A stretch of DNA of 64,000 bases from a virus (taxonomy: Duplodnaviria; Caudoviricetes). Position 1 is the first letter of the stretch. Every line of letters starts with the position of its first letter. Position numbers and translations under genes: made by a program. The notes under the pieces were generated by a model. That model was not told the origin of the DNA, did not search any database, and was given only the letters and a program-made list of their open reading frames with translations. The stretch covers positions 1 to 64,000 of the IMG/VR virus record IMGVR_UViG_3300029928_000002, one strand, 5' to 3'. This document shows positions 1 through 7,901 of the stretch, one piece after another.

Positions 1-33
1 AGTATCAGAAGCGTTCTTCTGGCACATTTCTGG

Positions 34-325
34 ATATACAAAATTTTGCGGTAAATACATAAAATTTTGCGGTTCGACAAAAGTGGCAATATACTGTTAG
101 AATTTGTAAATTAGATCTGGTATTATTCTACCAGTATATTGTATGTACAGATTGCATTAATTATTTCAGTATACCAAATTTTGCGGTTTTTATTATGAGG
201 GTATTTCTTAAATATTTTTTAATGTTTGTGGTATAAAGAAATTTATTGGTATATTTAAAGCATATCTAAGACCTATTCTTAGATATACAAAATTTTGCGG
301 TCAATACATAAAATTTTGCGGTTCG
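34..325. repeat. Iteron-like array 1: five copies of AAATTTTGCGGT
   Basis: Copies at 41-52, 62-73, 176-187, 290-301, 311-322; spacings 21, 114, 114, 21 bp. The ~43-bp doublet at 34-76 recurs at 283-325. The array may extend left of the window. Confidence 0.85.
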
Positions 326-388
326 ATTCTACTAGATAATACAAAGAGTTCTTTAGATATAATTATACTATTTTTTAAAATAAAATTT

Positions 389-547
389 ATGGCAATAAAC
401 AACAAGAATAAAACATTTAGGCACATTCAATTTCCAACTAATGAAGATAATAAATTAACTTTCAGTGAGGCATTAACATACTTGGCATTAAAGCAACAAG
501 AACAATCTAATAAAAATAAAGCTACAGATTCTATAATTACTCTTTAA
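389..547 (+). pseudogene. Internally deleted paralog of the Rep-like gene at 1336 (52 aa)
   Basis: MAINNKNKTFRHIQFPTNEDNKLTFSEALTYLALKQQEQSNKNKATDSIITL. The N-terminus matches 'QHVQVPT...GEYYMYSWLK' and the C-terminus 'DSIITL' is identical to the end of 1336..2076. Confidence 0.7.
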
Positions 548-560
548 TACTGTAATTGGG

Positions 561-595
561 TTTTCACAAACTGATTGTTATTTTGTGTTTAATCA
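561..595. repeat. 35-bp direct repeat, copy 1
   Basis: TTTTCACAAACTGATTGTTATTTTGTGTTTAATCA, identical to 2274-2308. Confidence 0.95.
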
Positions 596-803
596 GATAC
601 TTCAGAAGTAAATTTTTCAGATACACCTACGGTTTGGGACTGACAGATGTACCATATATCTGTTTCTGCTAAATTTGTAAAGAATTATTCGACACCCCCT
701 CAGCGACATCAGTTGTTCCGGCCCCGTTTTTCAAACGTGAGTTTGTTTAAAGTATAGGTGAAAATATAGTATATATATAGTATATATAGATAGTCGGCAT
801 CTG

Positions 804-1284
804 GTGCAAAAATTTTAGGCTCTTATATTGGTCTAACTTTAATTTTTATTGAGGTCTAATCTTTATTAAGCTAGTAAAACTATACATAATATGTAATTTC
901 TGATATGCGCATATCGTGCAAAAATTTTAGGCTCTTATATTGGTCTAACTTTAATTTTTCCTAGGATTAAGTCTTCATTAAATTATTAAAACTATATATA
1001 ATATGTAATTTCTGATATGCGCATATCGTGCAATTTCAATATTCGTTTATACACTAGTCTAACTTTATATATTTATATATATTTGGAAAAAAGATTCTGT
1101 TAAATATTAACTTAAATATAATTTCCTGATATGCGCATATCGTGCAATTTCGATAGTTAAAATTCTCTAAAAGTTTTTTAAAGTTTTGTGTTTATCATCT
1201 TTTCATAGATATATTGGAATTGTTCTTTAAAGGAATTTCCTGATATACGCATATCGTGCAATTTTTGCACCAAATGCGCATATA
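804..1284. repeat. Iteron-like array 2: 112-114-bp period with palindromic core GATATGCGCATATC(GTGCAA); candidate replication origin
   Basis: Cores at 902-915, 1014-1027, 1128-1141 and 1242-1255 (one mismatch); 804-847 repeats at 916-959; lies directly upstream of a wHTH Rep-like gene. Confidence 0.85.
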
Positions 1285-1335
1285 GATAACAGTATACTTT
1301 AGATAGTATTTTAATTAACTAATAAATTTTTTGGC

Positions 1336-2076
1336 GTGAAAACTGAAAAGAAAATTACACAACATGTCCAAGTTCCCACAAAGATTAGAGATAATACTAA
1401 TACTATGAATATTGGAGAATATTATATGTATAGTTGGCTAAAGTTTTTTGATGGGCCGAAAGGTTGCTTTCCATCGCAAAAAGTGTTAAGTGAAAAATCT
1501 CATTTAGGAATCAAATTAATTAAATCTCTAATCACTTCTCTAGCAGATAAGGGATTCATCTCTATCACTAAAAAAGGTAGAAGTAATTATTACGAATTTG
1601 CCAAATATGAGAAATTTCAGAGATACTCAATGTTGTTTATGAAAAATAATGTATTAACCCCAAACGAAAAGATGTTTTTGATGTATATGCAACAATATAT
1701 GTATCTAGATAATACTATGCATGAGGGACGCATTTCTTTTACAGTAGATAAGATGAAAGAAATTACCAGTATGTCAAATAGGTGGATTTATAATGTACTA
1801 CAATCTCTAACTGATAAAGGTTTGGTAACTAAACTTATGAATAAGTCTAGAGATACAGAAACTGGATGTAATACAGTAACTTATATATTTGATTTAGATC
1901 AGATAGGGCAAAATCTATTATTTAAGCAAGTTACAAAGAATACTGAAGATATTGAAAAACAAAAGATAATAAATAAAGATTTTGCAAAACAGCTTTCTGA
2001 TATTAAAAAACAATTAGCTGCATTACTTAAAGATAAAATGATTGAAAATAAACTAGATAGTATTATAACATTATAA
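1336..2076 (+). CDS. Rep-like replication initiator / tandem winged-helix DNA-binding protein
   Basis: 'CFPSQKVLSEKSHLG...ITSLADKGFISITKKGRSNYY' is HTH_36/RepL-like; second wHTH 'LQSLTDKGLV'; C-terminal coiled coil. Confidence 0.75.
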   Translation: MKTEKKITQHVQVPTKIRDNTNTMNIGEYYMYSWLKFFDGPKGCFPSQKVLSEKSHLGIKLIKSLITSLADKGFISITKKGRSNYYEFAKYEKFQRYSMLFMKNNVLTPNEKMFLMYMQQYMYLDNTMHEGRISFTVDKMKEITSMSNRWIYNVLQSLTDKGLVTKLMNKSRDTETGCNTVTYIFDLDQIGQNLLFKQVTKNTEDIEKQKIINKDFAKQLSDIKKQLAALLKDKMIENKLDSIITL

Positions 2077-2095
2077 CTTTAAACTTAAATAAAAT

Positions 2096-2266
2096 ATGAC
2101 TGATCAACTTACTTCTGAAATAGTTAAATCCGAAACCAGTAAAACTATTGAAGAAAAGTTTAGAAAACAAGATTTAAAGATACAGCAGCAAACTGAACAA
2201 CTTACTAATCTTACTAAAGCTATGTATAAGTTGTTAGATAATCTTAACAAAAAAAGAATTTTATAA
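2096..2266 (+). CDS. Small coiled-coil protein (56 aa)
   Basis: ATG to TAA ORF immediately after the Rep-like gene; heptad-like composition. Confidence 0.5.
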   Translation: MTDQLTSEIVKSETSKTIEEKFRKQDLKIQQQTEQLTNLTKAMYKLLDNLNKKRIL

Positions 2267-2273
2267 CAATCTA

Positions 2274-2308
2274 TTTTCACAAACTGATTGTTATTTTGTG
2301 TTTAATCA
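2274..2308. repeat. 35-bp direct repeat, copy 2
   Basis: Identical to 561-595; sits where plus- and minus-strand genes converge. Confidence 0.95.
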
Positions 2309-2322
2309 ATCTTTATACAAAG

Positions 2323-2556
2323 TCAATCATCAATCACATATCGACCTTCTTCTACAGTTACTAGCCATTCTCTACCATCTTTCTCACAAGACATTTTGAA
2401 ATTATTAGCTGTAGCTTCTGTCGCAAATCGCCAGAATAAGTCAGTTTCCAATACTTGCAGATTCTCTTCTGTCACATCTCTAGGAACTCGAAGCTCTGCA
2501 ATTACATGGAATACTTTTTTCACCTTAAACTCCTTCTTAATTGTAAAATCTTTCAT
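2323..2556 (-). CDS. Hypothetical early protein
   Basis: ORF; ATGA overlap with upstream gene. Confidence 0.7.
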   Translation of the reverse strand: MKDFTIKKEFKVKKVFHVIAELRVPRDVTEENLQVLETDLFWRFATEATANNFKMSCEKDGREWLVTVEEGRYVIDD

Positions 2557-2750
2557 AATATTTCTTTATATAAGGTAATTCTATACTCATCTGCAAATTC
2601 TCTGTAAGAGAGTTTGTAGACATCATAAATCTGATTCTCGTCTCCAGCATTAAACCATTCTAACCAGTTAGAGATGATTTTAGAATACTGTTCTTCAGAA
2701 AGACTATTGGCTCTTTCTTTACTTATTATTAATGTAGAAATCTTAATCAT
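2553..2750 (-). CDS. Hypothetical early protein
   Basis: ORF in a co-directional run. Confidence 0.65.
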   Translation of the reverse strand: MIKISTLIISKERANSLSEEQYSKIISNWLEWFNAGDENQIYDVYKLSYREFADEYRITLYKEIL

Positions 2751-2842
2751 TAGTTTTAAATCTAAAAGAATTTGAGGGATTTCTCATTTGTAGATGAATA
2801 ATTTATACTCAAATTCTCAAAATCCCTCAAATTTTATTTATC

Positions 2843-3337
2843 TTATTTCTCAGTGTATCTCAATTCTTCTAATTTCTTGTATGAAATTTTAGAAATTTGA
2901 GAAAGATGTTTGATGTTTTGGAGTAAGAAATCTTTATACTGATTCAGCATGATGTTGTAGAGAGAAGATTTAGGATTTATTCCAAATCCATTATATCCAA
3001 CTTCTTCACCTTTACAAGATTCCCAAAATGGAATGTTCTGAGTATTAATTCCATATCTTCCACCAAGATATACGTCTCCCGGCTGCATGGATTCTATACT
3101 TTTAGCTCTAAACATTCCAAAAGGATCTGTATCAAGATTCTTACTATCAAATCCTTTACTGAAAGCGGCTTTATGTAGTTCTACAAGTTGTGTAAGAGAG
3201 GTACAATTCTCTATTTCAGAAATTAATTCTGGAGCAGAAGTAAATCTACTTATACATTTAGCTGCAAATGCTTTATTCTCTTTAACTACAGAATTACGGA
3301 AAATTCTATTAAAGAGATTGTTCTTAATCGTCTTCAT
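2843..3337 (-). CDS. Hypothetical protein
   Basis: 164-aa ORF; 4-bp overlap with upstream gene. Confidence 0.75.
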   Translation of the reverse strand: MKTIKNNLFNRIFRNSVVKENKAFAAKCISRFTSAPELISEIENCTSLTQLVELHKAAFSKGFDSKNLDTDPFGMFRAKSIESMQPGDVYLGGRYGINTQNIPFWESCKGEEVGYNGFGINPKSSLYNIMLNQYKDFLLQNIKHLSQISKISYKKLEELRYTEK

Positions 3338-3888
3338 TTATTTAAAAGTTTGTAAATTCTAGCTTTAACAGCTATATCACTTCTATTTAATTTTACAGCT
3401 ATTATTGATACAGAAACTCCTTTCGCATTTAAAGATAGAAGTAATGAATCTTCACTTAATTCCCATCTTTTCTTAGAAGTTTTACGTAGAGCTTTAGCTT
3501 GCAACAATGCTTTATCAGAATACGCATTCTTCTTTATTTCTACAAATTCAGAATGCGGTACTCTTTTAGCTTGCTGAATTCTTTGAACTCTTCCTGGATT
3601 CTTCATCTTATACCTCGTAAATCCAAGATTGTTTAAGAACTTAGCTAAAGCAGATACTTGTACTCCAAGATGTTCTGCCATTTCGGAATATGTAATTCCT
3701 TCATCGAAAGCAGTTATAATATACTGCATCTCATCAGCTGAGAGATTAGTAAGTTTATACTTATGAATCCCTTTAGACCTGAGAAAACTACTTATCTCAC
3801 TTTTAGAAACAGAGATAACACGACCCATATCTGTATAAGTCATACTATCTCTGTTCTTTAAAATGAACTCTTTTTGCCAGTCTTTCAT
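3334..3888 (-). CDS. Multi-HTH DNA-binding protein
   Basis: Three HTH-like repeats: 'TYTDMGRVISVSKSEISSFL', 'TYSEMAEHLGVQVSALAKFL', 'SVSIIAVKLNRSDIAVKARI'. Confidence 0.7.
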   Translation of the reverse strand: MKDWQKEFILKNRDSMTYTDMGRVISVSKSEISSFLRSKGIHKYKLTNLSADEMQYIITAFDEGITYSEMAEHLGVQVSALAKFLNNLGFTRYKMKNPGRVQRIQQAKRVPHSEFVEIKKNAYSDKALLQAKALRKTSKKRWELSEDSLLLSLNAKGVSVSIIAVKLNRSDIAVKARIYKLLNK

Positions 3889-3893
3889 ATTTG

Positions 3894-4205
3894 TTACTTT
3901 ACAAAACCCGGAACAGATACAATTACCCCATCTTTACGAACACAGTCTGGGTGCCCAGTAGCTGGTGCTACACAATCAGTTCTACCAGCGGCTTTCGCTG
4001 CTGCTAAAACCATAGCACTAACTATGTATACTGTGTTCTTCCGTGGCTTTGGGAGATTGATTATATCTCCGTAGTGTACCTCACAAATACCATCGTCATT
4101 AAACGATGAGAAGGTATTGGATACACGTGCTATGCCACGTGAGGCATATGCCGTTCCGTCGTTAAGATTTATTACGTGCGGAGTCAAATTTATAAAATCT
4201 GTCAT
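3894..4205 (-). CDS. Conserved hypothetical phage protein (NLTPH...YIVS motif family)
   Basis: 'FINLTPHVI' and 'NLPKPRKNTVYIVS' resemble a widespread small phage protein family. Confidence 0.75.
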   Translation of the reverse strand: MTDFINLTPHVINLNDGTAYASRGIARVSNTFSSFNDDGICEVHYGDIINLPKPRKNTVYIVSAMVLAAAKAAGRTDCVAPATGHPDCVRKDGVIVSVPGFVK

Positions 4206-4238
4206 AATTAATTAATATTGATTTAGTTATACTTAAGA

Positions 4239-4266
4239 TAAGCAGTTTATACTCATGCTTAGGAGT
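4239..4266 (-). ncRNA. Intergenic H-type pseudoknot element, copy 1
   Basis: Transcript ACUC-CUAAGCAU-GAGU-AUAAAC-UGCUUA. Confidence 0.6.
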
Positions 4267-4273
4267 TGATTGT

Positions 4274-4507
4274 TTAACCGTAAATCTCTTTCATTACATC
4301 TTTAGAAAGATGCACCTCCTTAGGAGGGTCTGGAAGTCTCTTTACTTTGAATTGGTCGTCTTCACATATAGTGAAGATCTCCACAAATATACATATCATG
4401 AACAAGAATGCCATAAATGGCATCTGCCATACGAATATGCTCCCGAAAGTGAGAGCGATAAGGCAGAGAAGGATGATAACGTAAAGAACTGATGATATTG
4501 TTTTCAT
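4274..4507 (-). CDS. Small membrane protein (2 TM)
   Basis: Two hydrophobic stretches. Confidence 0.65.
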   Translation of the reverse strand: MKTISSVLYVIILLCLIALTFGSIFVWQMPFMAFLFMICIFVEIFTICEDDQFKVKRLPDPPKEVHLSKDVMKEIYG

Positions 4508-4538
4508 GATAATATTAAAATTGATTATACGTGTTTGG

Positions 4539-4569
4539 TAAGCAGTTTTACATCATGCTTAGGATGTGA
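4539..4569 (-). ncRNA. Intergenic H-type pseudoknot element, copy 2
   Basis: Transcript ACAUC-CUAAGCAU-GAUGU-AAAAC-UGCUUA; stem 1 covaries with copy 1. Confidence 0.6.
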
Positions 4570-4575
4570 CGAGCC

Positions 4576-4881
4576 TTAAAGCTCGTCGAGAGAGAGTTCC
4601 GTGGACACTGTTGCCTTATATATTTCAAGCTCTGCCACGTAGTCGTTCTCTGTATGCACCTTGCATACAAATTCAGAATCAACCTCGAGCTTATTAAAAT
4701 CTATATCTTTTGCTACAAAGGCAGTTTTGTAGCGGTCAAAGATGCCCATTTTGGTGTATATCGCAGATAATATCTGTGATATAGCATTAGCCTCATAGGG
4801 TAGCTTCCATGCCCTCACGTCGGCCTCAGCTATTTTGTCATACTTAGTGTTTACTTTCTTACTTGCAATAAATTTCTTCAT
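4576..4881 (-). CDS. Hypothetical early protein
   Basis: ORF between repeated intergenic elements. Confidence 0.7.
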   Translation of the reverse strand: MKKFIASKKVNTKYDKIAEADVRAWKLPYEANAISQILSAIYTKMGIFDRYKTAFVAKDIDFNKLEVDSEFVCKVHTENDYVAELEIYKATVSTELSLDEL

Positions 4882-4915
4882 GATTAATATTGATTTAATG
4901 GTTATACGTGTTTGG

Positions 4916-4946
4916 TAAGCAGTTTAGACACTTGCTTAGGTGTTTA
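4916..4946 (-). ncRNA. Intergenic H-type pseudoknot element, copy 3
   Basis: Transcript UAAACAC-CUAAGCAA-GUGUCUA-AAC-UGCUUA. Confidence 0.6.
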
Positions 4947-4954
4947 GAGACTAC

Positions 4955-5194
4955 TTATCCAAGAAAATCCAAATCAAGCATATCTGGTATTGCCCTACAA
5001 TAACGCAGTTCGCTGAATTGGTTGTATACAATCACAGCGGATTCATCACTTAAGTCATTATAGTTCATCTTAAACTTGATTAGGGTATCTATACAAGTCT
5101 TGGATGCCTCCTTCGAAACGAAGGAGATACGAATATACCCCTTACCAAGGGTATAGCTTTCAACTCCGTAAATTTGTATTGAATAATATGTCAT
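4955..5194 (-). CDS. Hypothetical early protein
   Basis: ORF in a co-directional run. Confidence 0.65.
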   Translation of the reverse strand: MTYYSIQIYGVESYTLGKGYIRISFVSKEASKTCIDTLIKFKMNYNDLSDESAVIVYNQFSELRYCRAIPDMLDLDFLG

Positions 5195-5250
5195 AATAGT
5201 TATAAACTAAAAGAGGTTTTTCTGTTGCCAAGAAAACCTCAAAACTCCGC

Positions 5251-5418
5251 CTAGGCTCTTTTTATGAGCACATCGTTGGCATAAACCGCAGCCCCTATTA
5301 GGTTACTGTCTAAAAAGTCTATATCTTTATAGGCTTTTAGCGCATCATCTAAAGTGGCATACGTGGAGGCTATCTCCCCAAGGAAGTATTTCTCCACCAC
5401 AGTAAATTTCGTCGTCAT
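5251..5418 (-). CDS. Small hypothetical protein (55 aa to TAG; 59 aa to TGA at 5239 if TAG=Gln)
   Basis: MTTKFTVVEKYFLGEIASTYATLDDALKAYKD...; AT-rich leader like its neighbours. Confidence 0.55.
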   Translation of the reverse strand: MTTKFTVVEKYFLGEIASTYATLDDALKAYKDIDFLDSNLIGAAVYANDVLIKRA

Positions 5419-5528
5419 AGTAATATTGTTTTAATGATTAAGTTCCCACTCTGAGTTCTAACCTCAGTACAATAGTTATACTTAAGTGGGAAAAGGCACA
5501 GAGTATTACTACTCTATGCCCTATAATG

Positions 5529-6020
5529 TTACTCCACGATGTCAACCGTGAAGAATGTAGATGTTGCATATGGCTTTGTGATGTCAAAGCTGTGGGTCAT
5601 ACCCGTACGCTTATCTTTCACCTCAATAGTTTTGCCGGCTAATGCCACAAACGCGTCCTGGAGTTTACCGTGTTTACGGAACTCCGCACTTGCAGTTCCG
5701 TCGCACATGCCCCAGTCGCCAGTGGCATTGCCATTCTCGTCTACGAGTGGCAAGCGCCTGTTGAATACAGACGCCCCCACATTTTTATATTCTTTCTTAT
5801 TTTCCGCGGTTGTCACCTCCAACCGCAGATACTGGTACTTAGTACTAGAACCAGTAATTGGTGTTTTATACACCTTAAATGGAGGTGTTGGAATTGTAAA
5901 TTTATCCCCCACTTCAAGTGGGGAATTGAATTCACGGTTGCTACCGTCAAAGACGGCAGCAACCACGCCACCTTGAGCCTTGATAGATTTTTCATACTCT
6001 TCGTTACTAAAATTACTCAT
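5529..6020 (-). CDS. Hypothetical early protein (beta-rich)
   Basis: 163-aa ORF; overlapping plus-strand ORFs look like antisense shadows. Confidence 0.75.
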   Translation of the reverse strand: MSNFSNEEYEKSIKAQGGVVAAVFDGSNREFNSPLEVGDKFTIPTPPFKVYKTPITGSSTKYQYLRLEVTTAENKKEYKNVGASVFNRRLPLVDENGNATGDWGMCDGTASAEFRKHGKLQDAFVALAGKTIEVKDKRTGMTHSFDITKPYATSTFFTVDIVE

Positions 6021-6184
6021 AATAAATACTTAGATTTAAATTGTTAAACTGACTACTGTTAGTTATACTGCGAAGCAGTAGTAGTCGCCTGTTCCGCTAG
6101 GATAACGTCCTGTATTATACAGATTGAATGGGGTTGTTAAGTTTAGGTCTGGTTGAATGGTGTTGTATCCAACGTAAGGGTAAG

Positions 6185-6274
6185 GCAGGATGTCGGATGC
6201 AGGATGTCAGTAGCAGTGAATCGGATGCAGGATGTCGGATGCAGGATGTCTATGTAATGGTAGGGCAGGATGTC
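6185..6274. repeat. Five copies of GCAGGATGTC (14-bp period) in non-coding DNA
   Basis: Copies start at 6185, 6199, 6227, 6241, 6265. Confidence 0.85.
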
Positions 6275-6305
6275 GGCAGCAGGTTCACCCATTGTTTCGG
6301 GTGAA

Positions 6306-6348
6306 AAAAAAGAGGGCAGTAAGTCGTTAGCTCACTGCCCTCTTTTTT
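6306..6348 (-). terminator. Rho-independent (bidirectional-type) terminator
   Basis: AAAAAAGAGGGCAGT...ACTGCCCTCTTTTTT directly after the 6348..6788 gene. Confidence 0.75.
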
Positions 6349-6788
6349 CACTTTGTTGCCGGCTTGTCATCCTTTAACTCAAGGACGGCGACCGTTCCGG
6401 CATAGCGGCCACCGTCCTTTTTCATGAACACCCCATTTATTGGTGTGTTCACGAAAGTTCTGCCGACCAGTTTGCTCAACCGGTCGGCAGCCTCGCCAAG
6501 TGTTCTGCACCCGGCGAGTATTTCCTTTAGACCCTTGTTCGGGTCTAAAGTGACAATTGCCCCCGAAGGAGCAATCATAATCCTTAGCCTCAACAGGCTG
6601 CTGAGGCTAAGGACAAATTCGGCCTCGGCCTTCTTGGCCTTGGCCTTGTTCAGGGCCACGGAGAAGCCCAAATAGACCTCTCCGTGGCCTTTGTTGAAGT
6701 CACTCTCCGCCACTTCGACGGAGAGTAACACTAACTCCCCGGCAGGGGTACCCCCACCGAAGAGTCTCTCATCTCTGAATCCACTCAT
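6348..6788 (-). CDS. Hypothetical protein, first gene of the minus-strand early run
   Basis: 146-aa ORF, GC-rich relative to the window, followed by a terminator. Confidence 0.7.
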   Translation of the reverse strand: MSGFRDERLFGGGTPAGELVLLSVEVAESDFNKGHGEVYLGFSVALNKAKAKKAEAEFVLSLSSLLRLRIMIAPSGAIVTLDPNKGLKEILAGCRTLGEAADRLSKLVGRTFVNTPINGVFMKKDGGRYAGTVAVLELKDDKPATK

Positions 6789-7123
6789 GATTTATTTTTT
6801 TAATGTTGAACAATCAAGCTCATATTTTGTATTATGGGTGAATGGGTTGGGAAACGATGCAGCGACCGAAGCGAGGCACGAGCAAGGAAGCAAATCGGTT
6901 TCCAAACCAAAGCCCCGGGGGATTGAATGGGGTTGTCTCCTCCCTCGCCCGTAGTAGACTCTACTCCTCCCCTAGCAATAACAAACATCTCCTCGCCCAC
7001 CAATATAAAAGATGGGGGGGGGGCTATAAAAATCGCCTTCAAAAAATAAAAATAAAAATTTGTTAAAATAAAACTGAAAATTTAGAAGTGAGTTATATTA
7101 GATTTACTAAAAAGAAATACAAA

Positions 7124-7492
7124 ATGATTTTGAACAAGAATTTTTTGAATACAATTGAAAAAGCATTTAAAGATGATATTCAGAGTGAACATCAAGTAAT
7201 TGAAACACCTAATTATCAGATAGAATTTACAGTAATTCCAGCAGATGATAATACAGTAATTATTAAAGCTGTAAAAGAAGAGAATAAAGATAAAGAAAAA
7301 CTTAATGATTTTATCTCTAAATTTTCAGAATCTCAGTTCCAACTTCTTATGGATACTTTCCAAGAAGTAACTGGAAAATCTCTATCAACTATCAATGATT
7401 GTTATAGACAAGGCAGATATGATGAAGTATATCAACTACTTCAACTTGTTCTTAAATATAACATTGAGAAACTACAAGAATTCTTACATTAA
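7124..7492 (+). CDS. Hypothetical protein
   Basis: ATG at 7124, in frame with ORF 7088..7492. Confidence 0.7.
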   Translation: MILNKNFLNTIEKAFKDDIQSEHQVIETPNYQIEFTVIPADDNTVIIKAVKEENKDKEKLNDFISKFSESQFQLLMDTFQEVTGKSLSTINDCYRQGRYDEVYQLLQLVLKYNIEKLQEFLH

Positions 7493-7563
7493 TGTAAATA
7501 AGTTAGTCATTTGACTAACGCCTTAATAATGGGAGGTGATGGACCCATTATTAAGGTTTATAC

Positions 7564-7635
7564 TAGGGTATGGCGTAATCGGCAGCGCAGGAGACTCTAA
7601 ATCTCTTAGTCTAGGTTCGAGTCCTAGTACCCTAA
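7564..7635 (+). tRNA. Amber suppressor tRNA (anticodon CUA), likely tRNA-Gln(CUA)
   Basis: Acceptor TAGGGTA/TACCCTA (U1-A72, as in tRNA-Gln); D arm GCG..CGC; anticodon stem GGAGA/TCTCT with loop CT-CTA-AA (7597-7599); T arm CTAGG-TTCGAGT-CCTAG; CCA not encoded. Confidence 0.95.
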
Positions 7636-7637
7636 CT

Positions 7638-7901
7638 ATGGTATATTTTAAATATAAAGATAAAGTTTATGAAACTCCTAATATAGAAAAGAAACTTAGG
7701 AGAATGAAAATCTCTATAAATGATATACAGATTTTAGATATTTCAAAACCTAAATCTAAAAAACAGATTTATTTTGAAGATACAGAACCAGATAATTCCA
7801 TTATTAAACATCATTTTAAATTACCAAATGGATTTACTATTACTTCCATTTACGATAATTTAAACCATCTAAACATTACTAATTATGAAAGAATAGACTA
7901 A
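7638..7901 (+). CDS. Hypothetical protein
   Basis: ATG just 3' of the tRNA (MVYFKYKDKVYET...). Confidence 0.65.
   Translation: MVYFKYKDKVYETPNIEKKLRRMKISINDIQILDISKPKSKKQIYFEDTEPDNSIIKHHFKLPNGFTITSIYDNLNHLNITNYERID

Noticed and set aside
766-793. TATAG/TATA microsatellite
   Set aside because: Low complexity; may be part of the origin unwinding region but is not separately supportable
804-1284. CRISPR array
   Set aside because: Period of 112-114 bp is too long, spacers are related to each other, and no cas operon is present (the PD-(D/E)xK gene is a standalone phage nuclease)
4239-4946. Type III toxin-antitoxin (ToxI) array or hammerhead ribozyme
   Set aside because: Copies are dispersed between genes rather than tandem, there is no ToxN-like gene, and the hammerhead core CUGAUGA/GAAA is absent
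5539-6047. Plus-strand ORFs 5539..5976 and 5670..6047, and similar antisense ORFs elsewhere (e.g. 14020, 31577, 45427, 50786)
   Set aside because: Antisense shadows of better-supported genes
6691-7066. Short ORFs in the GC-rich divergence zone
   Set aside because: Mutually overlapping, non-ATG or weak starts, low-complexity; no supporting motifs
7536-7637. N-terminal part of ORF 7536..7901
   Set aside because: Overlaps the complete tRNA; the real start is more likely ATG 7638
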